Part shown: one piece after another, positions 43,067 to 52,962 of the stretch
How the letters are laid out: every line of letters begins with the position of its first letter
Numbering within the stretch: the first letter of the stretch is position 1
Virus record (IMG/VR): IMGVR_UViG_3300032038_000010
Location: 72,946-136,945 of that record
Length of the DNA stretch: 64,000 nucleotides
Source of the DNA: a virus
Taxonomy: Duplodnaviria > Caudoviricetes
Direction: 5' to 3' (one strand)
The notes under the pieces: model-generated
The model's input: the letters and a program-made list of their open reading frames with translations, nothing else
Databases searched by the model: none
What the model was told of the DNA's origin: nothing
Position numbers and translations under genes: made by a program

Positions 43067-44328
43067 GACTCTTCCTCCTCAGACTCGCCTGCATCTTTAG
43101 CGGCTTCCGCGGCTTTAAACTCCTCAAAGTCAGCCATATCTTGATCTGTGACTGGCACATAATTAAGTCCTTGAGATTTTGCTTCCTATCTGTCTCGCTT
43201 TTGAGACTCTTGAATCTCTTTCTTCTTCATGTAATCTTCAATTTCTCTTGACAGCGAAGGATCTTCTTTAACAAGATTACTATAATATTCTTTCATATCA
43301 TTAATATCTTTATCAACTATATCAAGAGGAACTTCAAGATTCCATTGAGGTATTTTTCCACCTTCTTTTTCACAAAATGCTACTACTTGACCAATAGCAT
43401 CAAAGATACCATCTTTATCGACCTTATTCTGTGCAGCGGTAAAGTTTGCGGATTTTCTTAAAGACTCATAGGTTCTAGTTAATTTAGAGAATCCATCTAG
43501 GTCTCCCATGTCAAGAGCCTGATTCATTTTAAGATTAACTTTGCAAATAGTAATCAATGTATTTTGGCTGTCTGGAGTTTCATCGCTGATACCAAATTTC
43601 TTAGCCATTTTAACATAATTACTTTCAAGCTGTACCCATTCGTTAGGCTTATAAAGGCGGCCCCACTTCATAGCAAGATATTTTTTATCATCATCTGTAA
43701 GGTCGGCCGCAGGATTCGGGAGGTCAGTCTCGCTAATGAAAGCATCCTAGTCCATCCGATTACCGACCGCCGCATCTATGTCTTTACTATCTGTTGGTGC
43801 AAGCTCCGCATTTTGTATCTCTGTTGGCATGAGAGTTTGATATTCCGCTTTAGAAATCTTACCTTCCGCAAGGTCATTCCGTAGTTTTTGTTCATACTCA
43901 TGCCGCTCTTGTATTTCTTCTTCTGTCTCTTTCCGCGCTTTTGCTTTATTCATTTCAAGAAGCATTTCTGTGTCATCCCAACCATAGCTAGTCCATGGTT
44001 TGATCTTCATAGCAGACAAATACTTACCTACGACAGAAATACCAGTTAGATTTGGATTTTTAGCAAAAGCGCGGTCTCTTAATGTATTCCACTTCTCTGG
44101 AATATAAGGAACATCCAAATCTTTCAAAATCCATGTAAAAGTTTCTGGGTCAAAATTATCTACATGCATAGTAAGACAACGCTTACACATTTTTGTCTTA
44201 CTACCATCTTTGTACTGATAAAAATTATTTGATTTGCTCCAAGTTCTTTCCTTTTCACAATAGCACATATCTTTTTCATCAGGGATTTGACCTTTTGGCT
44301 CGACTTTTTTAGTTTCTTCTTCAGCCAT
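43063..44328 (-). CDS. Conserved protein upstream of terL, terminase small-subunit candidate (recoded TAG at 43747 and 43186)
   Basis: Read-through of two TAGs gives one ORF whose TGA overlaps the terL ATG (ATGA); Cys cluster and KWG motif. Confidence 0.75.
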
Positions 44329-44334
44329 TAATTA

Positions 44335-45480
44335 TCAAACTCCTTTCACTAATTTAATTTGCTTATGCTTATTTTTTGCATTGCGGCAATCTTTACATAT
44401 AGAATAAAAGCCATCTTTACTTGTCTTATTTTTTGAAAAGAACATACTGTGAGCTAATTTAATTTGACCACAGCGTGAGCATCTCTTCCATTTACCCTTT
44501 TCTACATTGGTATAATACCAGGTCAAATAATCTTTTTGAGCGTGGTCCGCAATCATTTTAGGTATTTTTTTGCGCCAGAGAGACGAAAGATATTCAATGG
44601 AGTGCCGCACACCAAAATCTCGTTGAAGAAGGCTTTGTATTTCTTCATTAGTCTTACCATCAATTTTATAAATAACTAAATCATAATACATAGGATATTC
44701 TTCTTCAAGAGTCTAATCAATAAGATTTTCTAAATCAATAATTGCCCATTTAGCATCACTATTGACTTTATCCCAACTATCCATTTTTAGTTTAGAATAA
44801 TGACATAGCACTGCGCTTACTACATCTGGGTTGAGGAAACTGAAGCCTCTAACCTATAGAGTTCCATCTTCTTTAATTTTAATATCTTCTTCCCAAGACA
44901 TAGTAGAGAAGCTCTTGATGCCATTTGAATAAGGCATTGTAGGATGATAGGCTGCTTTAAGTACATATTGGTCTTTCCGCATTTCTATCATTTGCTTTTT
45001 CAATAAATATTTCTTTTTACCTGTTGCTAAATCGCATTGCTTTTCAATTTCCGCAATACTATCTCTAAGTTCTTTTAGCCCAGGTATTTCTGCGACATCT
45101 GTTTCAGTAATTCCAATTTTAGGTGTGAAGATAATATTTTTATCATTTGCAATCATATTATAAATACCATCTTCGCCATTTTCAAAAGTAGCAACTAAAC
45201 CTTCAAAAGACATTTCACGCTTATTGACAGTTACCATTCTATTCTAAGTAATAATCTTCTTTTGTTTACGTTCTTCTTTGTCCATAGCAAATACTATATA
45301 GTCAGATAAAATTTCTAAGTAACGTGGTGTTAATTTTTCTGAAGGAGTTTGCTCAATAATTTTTTTAACTAATTCATTGCGGGCAGCCGCTGTCTAGAGC
45401 TTATAGTCTAGTTTAAGTGGTTGATTAGACTCGTCTAATTCCGCATTAGACGGGGCCGCCGCATTATTATATTCTTCCAT
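44335..45480 (-). CDS. Hypothetical regulator with HTH-like region and C-terminal Zn finger (recoded TAG at 45394, 45244, 44854, 44713)
   Basis: Single frame from ATG 45480 (AGGAG RBS) with only TAG interruptions; CSRC...CKDC. Confidence 0.75.
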
Positions 45481-45549
45481 GCTTAAGTACTCCTTTTATG
45501 TTTATTAGCCTCCAACTTCAGGTAAGCCTTATTTCAATTCTATACTTAT

Positions 45550-45578
45550 AGTATACCAGAAAATTTTTGAATTGTCAA
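45550..45578 (-). promoter_or_regulatory. Sigma-A-type promoter of the terminase operon
   Basis: TTGACA-17-TATACT on the minus strand. Confidence 0.65.
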
Positions 45579-45658
45579 GACTCGATTAAACACTTTTGAC
45601 TTGAAAGTTACAAAAAATTATTATATAATATTTATATAAAGTAAAGGAGATAATAATT

Positions 45659-45835
45659 ATGAGTAAATATATTGATCCAAATAATCCTGGGTATGAAGAT
45701 CCAAGAGAACAATCGATTGGATGGCGTGGCGAAGGGCGGCCGCTTGGGATTAAAACAGAGGCGTGCCCAGTTGATGGACATTATTGTGAGCAGCCGCAAT
45801 GTGAGAACTGCAATTTTGAAGAGGTGTCTCAATGA
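45659..45835 (+). CDS. Small Cys-rich hypothetical protein
   Basis: AAGGAG RBS; 58 aa; ATGA overlap with the next gene. Confidence 0.6.
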   Translation: MSKYIDPNNPGYEDPREQSIGWRGEGRPLGIKTEACPVDGHYCEQPQCENCNFEEVSQ

Positions 45836-46269
45836 TTATTACATTAACTGGTCATAGACCGCCAAGATTACGGGGACAAGAGAAAGAAATCAAAACTTGG
45901 CTAAAAAATATTTTACATTCTTTTGGAGAAAATAATATTTGCATTTCTGGGATGGCTGCAGGGGCAGATCAATTATTTGCGTATACAGCAATAGAAGAAA
46001 ACAATAAATTATGGTGCGCTTGGCCTTATCATAAAAAGAATCGAGATTATGCAGAATATTTAGAAGATCATGCTGATAATATTATTTTTGTAAATCAAGA
46101 TTATAGTCCTGATTGTTATACCATAAGAGATAAATTTATGGTAGACCAAGCTGATATTGTATTAACTGTTTGGGATGGGAAACCATGGGGCGGCACTTAT
46201 AATACAATAAAGTATGCAGAACAGCAAAATAAAACAATCATTGAATATAGAGGATTAAAAAATGAGTGA
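45832..46269 (+). CDS. SLOG family (YspA/DUF1273-like) protein
   Basis: TGHRP, SGMAAGADQ, RD.FMVD, WDG...GGT..T motifs. Confidence 0.85.
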   Translation: MIITLTGHRPPRLRGQEKEIKTWLKNILHSFGENNICISGMAAGADQLFAYTAIEENNKLWCAWPYHKKNRDYAEYLEDHADNIIFVNQDYSPDCYTIRDKFMVDQADIVLTVWDGKPWGGTYNTIKYAEQQNKTIIEYRGLKNE

Positions 46270-46996
46270 AGCATTAAAAGCGCGGGCGGCCGCTCGTCAC
46301 CAAATGATACTGGACCGATTTGCGGGAGCGACGGCCGCAAGTATTAAATCAAGTAAAATTTATAAAGAAAATAGTGTATTTATTCCAAAGGGTAGCTGGG
46401 TTAATACACATACTGTCTTAGCTGATAACAACTCTGTGGGGGCGATTGATAGATACTCCGAAGGGCGGACTGCAGTCCTTAATTTTGCGAGCTTCCGCAA
46501 TCCAGGCGGCGGTTACATGCAGGGAATGATGGCGCAGGAAGAGGCACTATGTTTCGCATCTAATCTTTATGAGGTTTTATCTAATTTTGAAGATTATTAT
46601 GAAGAAAATCGAAAAGATTTAAATGGCGGGATGTATTATGATAGAGCTATTTATTCGCCTGATATAATCTTTATGTATCATAATAAACAAATTAAGTGCG
46701 ATGTTATTACCTGTGCGGCGCCCAATTTAAGAAACGCTCAAGGAGATAGAATAAGGAATCATAAGGTATTGGTCCAGCGCGCGCACTTCATTAATCAAAT
46801 AGTTGAAGATAATAATGTTGATACATTAATTCTTGGCGCATATGGATGCGGAGTTTTTAGACAGAATCCTTATGAAGTTGCGGAAATATTTAAGAATGAA
46901 TTTAAAAATACTACGGTAAAGAAGATTATTTATGCGGTTCCCGCAAATTTAAATGAAGAAAATTATTATGCTTTTGAAGAGGTGTTAAATAAATGA
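46262..46996 (+). CDS. Bacterial-type PARG macrodomain (TIGR02452/DUF2263)
   Basis: LNFAS..NPGGG...G..AQEEALC, ITCAAPN and LILGAYGCGVF.Q.P motifs. Confidence 0.9.
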   Translation: MSEALKARAAARHQMILDRFAGATAASIKSSKIYKENSVFIPKGSWVNTHTVLADNNSVGAIDRYSEGRTAVLNFASFRNPGGGYMQGMMAQEEALCFASNLYEVLSNFEDYYEENRKDLNGGMYYDRAIYSPDIIFMYHNKQIKCDVITCAAPNLRNAQGDRIRNHKVLVQRAHFINQIVEDNNVDTLILGAYGCGVFRQNPYEVAEIFKNEFKNTTVKKIIYAVPANLNEENYYAFEEVLNK

Positions 46997-47289
46997 TTAT
47001 ACAAGATTTACGATATGAAGAGTTAGTACCTTCTCCATATAAATATCTTGCTTTTGAATTACCTGTTGATAAAAAGGGTTAGTTATTGTATGATATAGAA
47101 CAATCAATGAGGATTCTTCAAGTAATTCAAGAAGGTACTGGGAAAAATTATGCTGGCTATTTTGCTATTATGCCACAAAATGTAATAAGAGAAATGGCTA
47201 AAGAAGATATTAAACAATATATTAAAGTATTAGAGAGGATGATAACAGATGGCGAGACGAACGAATGTTCTGAAGATGACAGCGACTAA
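46993..47289 (+). CDS. Hypothetical protein (recoded TAG at 47080)
   Basis: ATG overlaps the PARG stop after GAGGTG; in frame with the 47086 ORF across the TAG. Confidence 0.6.
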
Positions 47290-47663
47290 ATATAAGAAGA
47301 AAGCAAAAAATGCGGCGACCCAGGCGGTGTATATGGGACTGATCACTGATACCTACGGTATCAGTGATGAAGGTGTCGTATTCTAAAATTTTGAAGAGAA
47401 TACCGTATTCTGAAATCAAAAAAACTTTTGGAGAGAATTTTGCGCAGCACAAGTCATTTTTTCACTTTTTTAAAATTTTCTCCCGAAAATACACCCCCCA
47501 GTAGGACACTAGATGAACAATCTCAAACAAATTCTCTCTTCATCACGACCCGCCGCAAACAAGCCTAGCCGCACAGACTCAGCAAGGCTTGACCATCTAT
47601 TCTTTCATCGAACATTAATCAATAGAACAACACACAACACATAAACTATTTATTAATCAATAG

Positions 47664-47740
47664 AACAAACTAATTAAAATGATTACAAATAAAATAAACA
47701 AACTAATTAAAATGATTACAAATAAAATAAACAAACTAAT
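47664..47740. repeat. 33-bp AT-rich direct repeat (2 copies plus a partial third)
   Basis: AACAAACTAATTAAAATGATTACAAATAAAATA at 47664 and 47697, partial at 47730. Confidence 0.85.
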
Positions 47741-48017
47741 CAAAAGAAATACAATAACAATAGTACATACATAGTATTAGTCTCAGGCTCGCGGTCGGAT
47801 GTCGCGAGCCTCTTTTCATTTATTTGTAACATCTCACCATTTAATTGTTTGACTTTTGCACTTTTATTATACTATACTCGATCCTGAAATGTCAATAGGC
47901 AAAGTGTACAAATTTTATCTGCTATCTTTGTGCAACATTACCTATTGCATTTTTTTCTGCTCTGTGCTATACTATAATCATCAAGAGGAGATAACAAAGA
48001 AAAGGTTGGTAATAAAA

Positions 48018-48158
48018 ATGTTTAAACTTTGGATTGAATGGTGGGACACAGGTCTTAAGGTTGAGGACGAATTCGATACCTATGAAGAAGCAATCAAGGC
48101 AGAGAAGAGTTACTCTAAAATGTATGGATTCATCACATCAGAAATCACTAAAGAATAA
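48018..48158 (+). CDS. Small early protein
   Basis: 46 aa MFKLWIEWW...; follows a promoter. Confidence 0.6.
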   Translation: MFKLWIEWWDTGLKVEDEFDTYEEAIKAEKSYSKMYGFITSEITKE

Positions 48159-48244
48159 AAAAAATAAAAAAAGCACTTGACAAAATCATTAAAAAGTGCT
48201 ATACTATAATCATCAAGAGAGATAAAGAAAGTGAGGTAACACTT

Positions 48245-48415
48245 ATGATGAATGTTCACATTAACAATCTTAAAGAGTATGCAAAAGAGTATAAGTACAT
48301 TGTAGCAAAGGTTATTGATAATGAGCTTTGGTTTTGGGGCGCTTGGGACGACCTGCTTAAGGCTGAGAAGGTAGCTCATGAACTTGGCAATGCTGTTGTA
48401 GTAGCTAACACTTAA
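48245..48415 (+). CDS. Small early protein (ELWFWGAW family, paralog of 49957)
   Basis: GAGGT RBS; YKYIVA...ELWFWGAW. Confidence 0.75.
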   Translation: MMNVHINNLKEYAKEYKYIVAKVIDNELWFWGAWDDLLKAEKVAHELGNAVVVANT

Positions 48416-48648
48416 TCGTAAGAGTAAGTCGAAAGACTTGCTCTTTTATTGCCCTGGCGCGCTGGCGTCCGGGCCAGCGCGCTTTTCCATTATACCATAG
48501 CCATCGAGTTTTGTCAATAGGCAAATTGTACAAAGATCTGAGGGAAAAATATCCCAAAATTGGGCAAAAAATTTTTCAAAAACCGCTTGACTTTTCGGGC
48601 GCATGATGGTATAATTAAATCATCAAAAGAAAGAAAGAGGTAAATAAA

Positions 48649-48780
48649 ATGACAACTACTTACTACAGACTTAGATACAGAAATGGTGAACATGGTGCTT
48701 GGACAACTGATTATGAAAGAATTGTGAAAGATGCAAAATTCTTTAAAGCTGAAATTGAAACAAGAGAATTTAAGAGATAA
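48649..48780 (+). CDS. Small early protein
   Basis: GAGGT RBS; 43 aa. Confidence 0.6.
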   Translation: MTTTYYRLRYRNGEHGAWTTDYERIVKDAKFFKAEIETREFKR

Positions 48781-48858
48781 AAATCTCTTAAAACTCTTGA
48801 CAAGAGAAAAAAGATCGACTATAATTAAATCATCAAAAGAAAGAAAGAGGTATACAAA

Positions 48859-49026
48859 ATGACAAATTGCTTATACTGTAGAAATGCTGATACATATCCA
48901 TACATTGTAGCATCAGATGATTGTGAAGAGTTTGAAGAAAACTTTGAGCATCATTGGGAAATGATGGATGACATTGAGCGAGAAGAATATAACTCATACA
49001 TAGATGAATGTGAAGAGGATGAATAA
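48859..49026 (+). CDS. Small, highly acidic early protein
   Basis: GAGGT RBS; 55 aa, D/E-rich. Confidence 0.65.
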   Translation: MTNCLYCRNADTYPYIVASDDCEEFEENFEHHWEMMDDIEREEYNSYIDECEEDE

Positions 49027-49113
49027 ATCCCAAACATTTTTCAAAAAAGTGTTGACAAACAAATCAACCCATGATATAATAATTATAGAGTTAAGGAAAA
49101 GAGGTAAATAATT

Positions 49114-49296
49114 ATGTATAGATATTTTATTATGAGCGAGTCACTTGTTATTGAGGGTTGTACTTCTTGTGAGTGCAACACTTACCCATTAAGTAAGGAA
49201 GTGTGTGAGCGCAAGATGGCTCAAGCACTGAAGTCAATTGCACTTCATGGTGCTAGACGAGTTATTCGCTCGTGGATTGAAGAAGTTACAGAGTAA
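49114..49296 (+). CDS. Small early protein
   Basis: Promoter plus GAGGT RBS. Confidence 0.65.
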   Translation: MYRYFIMSESLVIEGCTSCECNTYPLSKEVCERKMAQALKSIALHGARRVIRSWIEEVTE

Positions 49297-49751
49297 CTTC
49301 TTCAAAAACAATAAAAAAAGTGTTGACAAACAAGATCCAATGTGCTATTATAATAATGTAAGGAAGAGAGGTGTTGAAAATGAGAAGTCCCCCTAATTAA
49401 AACCCACAAGTTCAGAATAGTGGCAACCTACCAGTAGGAGAGACCCACCGCGCTTCAGCCTATCCCCTTTAGGGCGCGAAAACAATTCAGGCGGGGTTGA
49501 GGACAAGGGGATGACCTCAACCAAGAGAAAGAGTGCGACAGAATAAGTTCGGCACTCTTTTTTCTTTGTGCGGGCGGCGCGTGCACTGGCGTTTCGCGCC
49601 GAAATTTCAGTATACCACATGAGCCACATTTTGTCAATAGGAAATTTGCACAAAAATTTTATCTAGTTGATCCTGAAATTTTGTGCAATTTTACCACTTG
49701 CTTTTTCTTTTTGTTTGTGTTATACTATAATCAGAAAGTGAGGTAAGTAGT

Positions 49752-49907
49752 ATGGCACAAGAAAAGATAGTCCTCGTAAAGGTATTATTAAATATTACAA
49801 GAGATAGACAAACTGTTTACAACTTTGTTAAATTTTGTAAACTTGCTAGCTATGAAAAATCTGTTGAATATTTTTTAAGAATTTCTAAAAAAGTGCTTGA
49901 CATTTAA
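49752..49907 (+). CDS. Small early protein
   Basis: GAGGT RBS; 51 aa. Confidence 0.5.
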   Translation: MAQEKIVLVKVLLNITRDRQTVYNFVKFCKLASYEKSVEYFLRISKKVLDI

Positions 49908-49956
49908 ATTAGAATCTGTTATAATATAATCATCAAGAGAAAAGGAGATACAAATC

Positions 49957-50112
49957 ATGATTAATAACCTTCCTACTTACGCTAATGAATACAAGTACAT
50001 TGTTGCTCGTAGAGTTGATGGAGAGCTCTGGTTCTGGGGAGCATGGAATGACCGCAACAAAGCAAATGAAGTTGCTATCGAGATTGGCGGTGAAGTGGTC
50101 ACAAATCAGTGA
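49957..50112 (+). CDS. Small early protein (ELWFWGAW family, paralog of 48245)
   Basis: AAGGAG RBS; shared motif. Confidence 0.75.
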   Translation: MINNLPTYANEYKYIVARRVDGELWFWGAWNDRNKANEVAIEIGGEVVTNQ

Positions 50113-50190
50113 CCACCAAATAAAAAAGAGTTGACAATTTAATCTTTATGTGATATACTTAAATCATCAAAAAAAAGAGAGGTAACAATA

Positions 50191-50436
50191 ATGACTTACA
50201 TTATTTCTATCAATGCTGGACACAATTTTGAAATCACTGGTGATGAAGCTGCTTACGAAGCTTATACAAAGGCTTGTGAATTTGCTGAAACTATCGGTGC
50301 GAGAGTTGATTTTCTTGATGCTGAAACTGGTGAAGTACTTGCATCATCTGACGATGATGAAGATTATGAGCCTGATGACATTGACTCAGATTTCGGTTAT
50401 GACCCTTACATAGGAGAATGTACTTACGATTGTTAA
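50191..50436 (+). CDS. Acidic small early protein
   Basis: DAETGEV motif and D/E-rich tail ending GYDPY.G. Confidence 0.75.
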   Translation: MTYIISINAGHNFEITGDEAAYEAYTKACEFAETIGARVDFLDAETGEVLASSDDDEDYEPDDIDSDFGYDPYIGECTYDC

Positions 50437-50656
50437 GCAAGGCACCCCGAAAGAGGCGCTTTTTTGTTTGCGGTGTGCCGCGGTGGGGCGCCGCGGCACG
50501 AAATTTCATTATAACATACCTGAGCTACTTTTGTCAATTGATATTTTGCACAAAAATATTCTTGAATTAATCCTAAAATTTGTGCAAAATTACTACTTGT
50601 ATTTTACATAGAAAGTGCTATACTATAATCAGAAAGAAAGAAAAGAGGTAAACAAA

Positions 50657-51103
50657 ATGATGAACGAAAAGATAATCGCTTTTGATATGGATGGGACTTT
50701 CGTAGACCTCTATGGCGTTGATAATTGGTTACAGATGTTACAGAATAAAGAAACTACTCCTTATGAGATTGCAAAGCCTATGTATGATATGAACGATTTT
50801 AACAAGGCTCTCAATCGGTTGAAAACAAAAGGTTTCAAGATTGTGGTGATTAGTTGGTGCGCAAAGGTTAATGATAAAGCCTATGACGCAAGAGTAAGAA
50901 AAGCAAAAAAGAATTGGTTAAAGGCTTATAACGTACCTGTTGATGAAATTCACATTGTAAAGTATGGAACACCTAAAGCCTATACAATTAAAGGTAACGC
51001 AATCTTAGTTGACGACGAAAAACCTAACAGAGATAAGTGGCATAGAGGTCGTACAATAGACGCAACAAAAAATATTCTTGAAGAGCTTGAAAAAATCGCT
51101 TGA
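50657..51103 (+). CDS. HAD-family phosphatase / 5'-nucleotidase-like (paralog of 52963)
   Basis: FDMDGT motif I; ILVDD motif IV. Confidence 0.8.
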   Translation: MMNEKIIAFDMDGTFVDLYGVDNWLQMLQNKETTPYEIAKPMYDMNDFNKALNRLKTKGFKIVVISWCAKVNDKAYDARVRKAKKNWLKAYNVPVDEIHIVKYGTPKAYTIKGNAILVDDEKPNRDKWHRGRTIDATKNILEELEKIA

Positions 51104-51158
51104 CAAAATCATAAAAAGATGATATAATAAAATCATCAAAAGAAAGGAAGAAAAAACA

Positions 51159-51395
51159 ATGACAAGAGAAGAAAAAATGGCAATAACAATACTAACGAGT
51201 ATGCGTGATGGCTTGCATGAAACAGGTAAAGATTTTCCGTATCGGGATGAGTGTATCCCATATATGAAAAAATCTTGTGACATGGCTATTGAAGCATTAA
51301 GACGACAAGATAGAATATTACAGATTCTTGATGATTGTGACCTTGAAGCATGGGAAATGTTGGAAAAGATAAAGGGGGTGATGAGAAATGACTAA
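51159..51395 (+). CDS. Hypothetical protein (MTREE...DMAIEAL type)
   Basis: Promoter plus RBS. Confidence 0.7.
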   Translation: MTREEKMAITILTSMRDGLHETGKDFPYRDECIPYMKKSCDMAIEALRRQDRILQILDDCDLEAWEMLEKIKGVMRND

Positions 51396-51606
51396 GACAA
51401 CATGGATTATCACCGACCCCGATGAAAACATCAAAACTGAGCTGACCTATTACCACTTTGGAAAAGAACCTAGGGTCCCAAGCTGGTACATGGAAAGGGG
51501 TAAGGTTTATGAAATTGAAATGATTGGGAGTTTCAAACTCCTCCGCACTCCGAAACTGTTTTTCAAGTGCCTTACCCATTTTTGCATCATGAAAGCCGCC
51601 AATTAA
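51388..51606 (+). CDS. Hypothetical protein
   Basis: Coupled ORF followed by a terminator. Confidence 0.6.
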   Translation: MTKTTWIITDPDENIKTELTYYHFGKEPRVPSWYMERGKVYEIEMIGSFKLLRTPKLFFKCLTHFCIMKAAN

Positions 51607-52066
51607 AATGGCGGTTTTTCTCTGTGCGGCGCGCCGCTCTCGCCTGTCGCGGCGCGAAATCTCCATTATACCACACGTTGCACCTTTTGTCAATAGGAAA
51701 AATGCACAAAAATTCATTAGACTAGATCCCGATTTTTTGTACAAAATTACTACTTGTATTTTGAAAAATTTTTTGCTATAATGTATTTACAAGGTAAGGA
51801 AAGAAAAGCACTTCACTTCTCGGCGGTTCCGCCACAAAAAAAACTTCAAAAAAGTGCTTGACAAACAAAAAACCTTGTGATATAATATAATCAAGAAGTG
51901 AGAGATAGAAATGAAGGTCATTGAGTTGACAAGTGCGCATAGCCAACCCAGACCTCCCCACCAAATAAAAATCTTAAAAAACTTCTTGACAAATAAAACT
52001 TAATATGTTATAATGTATTTACAAAGTAAGAAAACAACAAATCATTTTAAGAAAGAGGTGTTCTCT

Positions 52067-52417
52067 ATGGCAAACTCAAACAAGGTTACTAAGGCTCAAA
52101 TGTTCGCTCTTATCGCTGAGAAGGTCGCTGACAATCAAGAAATGGTTGACTTCCTTAACAAGGAAATCGAGCTTGTTAATAAGCGCAACGCTCGCAAGTC
52201 CTCTAAGCCTTCTAAGAAGGATGTTGAGAATGAAGCTATCAAGGCTTCTATCGAGGAAGTCCTGTCTAATGCCGAAAGTGGTATGACCGTTACGGAAATC
52301 ACCAAGGCTCTTGACGGTGACTTCTCTACTCAGAAGATTAGCGCACTGCTCCGTCAGATGGACGGCGAGGTTGTCAAGACCTACGAGAAGAAGGTTGCCA
52401 AGTTCACGCTTGCGTGA
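52067..52417 (+). CDS. Winged-HTH protein, paralog 1 of 3
   Basis: MTVTEI...STQKISALLRQ...VVKT.EKK...F; strong codon bias. Confidence 0.8.
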   Translation: MANSNKVTKAQMFALIAEKVADNQEMVDFLNKEIELVNKRNARKSSKPSKKDVENEAIKASIEEVLSNAESGMTVTEITKALDGDFSTQKISALLRQMDGEVVKTYEKKVAKFTLA

Positions 52418-52681
52418 CCTTCGCTCTTCGGAGGGTAACAATTGAATAATGTCAATAGGCAAGGTTCACAAAACCTTGCCTATTTTTTTGTGCAATTTTT
52501 TACTTGACAAATGAACTGCGGCGTGCTATAATGGCGGCCCGCGGTTGATCGCCGCGGGCTGTTTTTTGTCAAGTAGTAATAGTTCACAAATTTTCCATCC
52601 AAATTTTGTGCAATTTTACCTCTTGCATTTATCCCGTAATGTGCTATAATTAAATCATCAAAAGGAAAGAGGTAAACAGTT

Positions 52682-52912
52682 ATGACTAGACACTCTATTG
52701 AAAACCTTCAGTATTTTGTTCTTATGGCTCTTATTCTCGCTCAGTGTGTTGTGGGAGAGGCCTTCTATATTGGGCAGGGTATTTATTTAATAGCAAATGC
52801 GCTTTCAGTTTTTCGTTCTTTTGCTTTAAGGCGTCCCGCAAGTGATAAAGTTAAAGATGTCGCTTGTTTGGCTATTACAATCGGTTTGATACTTTTTAAA
52901 ATTTTTGCTTGA
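52682..52912 (+). CDS. Small membrane protein
   Basis: Hydrophobic segments; GAGGT RBS. Confidence 0.7.
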   Translation: MTRHSIENLQYFVLMALILAQCVVGEAFYIGQGIYLIANALSVFRSFALRRPASDKVKDVACLAITIGLILFKIFA

Positions 52913-52962
52913 CAAACTTTCTATATTATGATATTATAATTATAGAAAGAGAGGTAAGAGTT

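Noticed and set aside
38931-45480. Pseudogene calls for the fragmented dUTPase, terminase, LAGLIDADG and neighbouring ORFs
   Set aside because: All breaks are in-frame TAG with intact downstream motifs and no frameshifts, so recoding explains them better.
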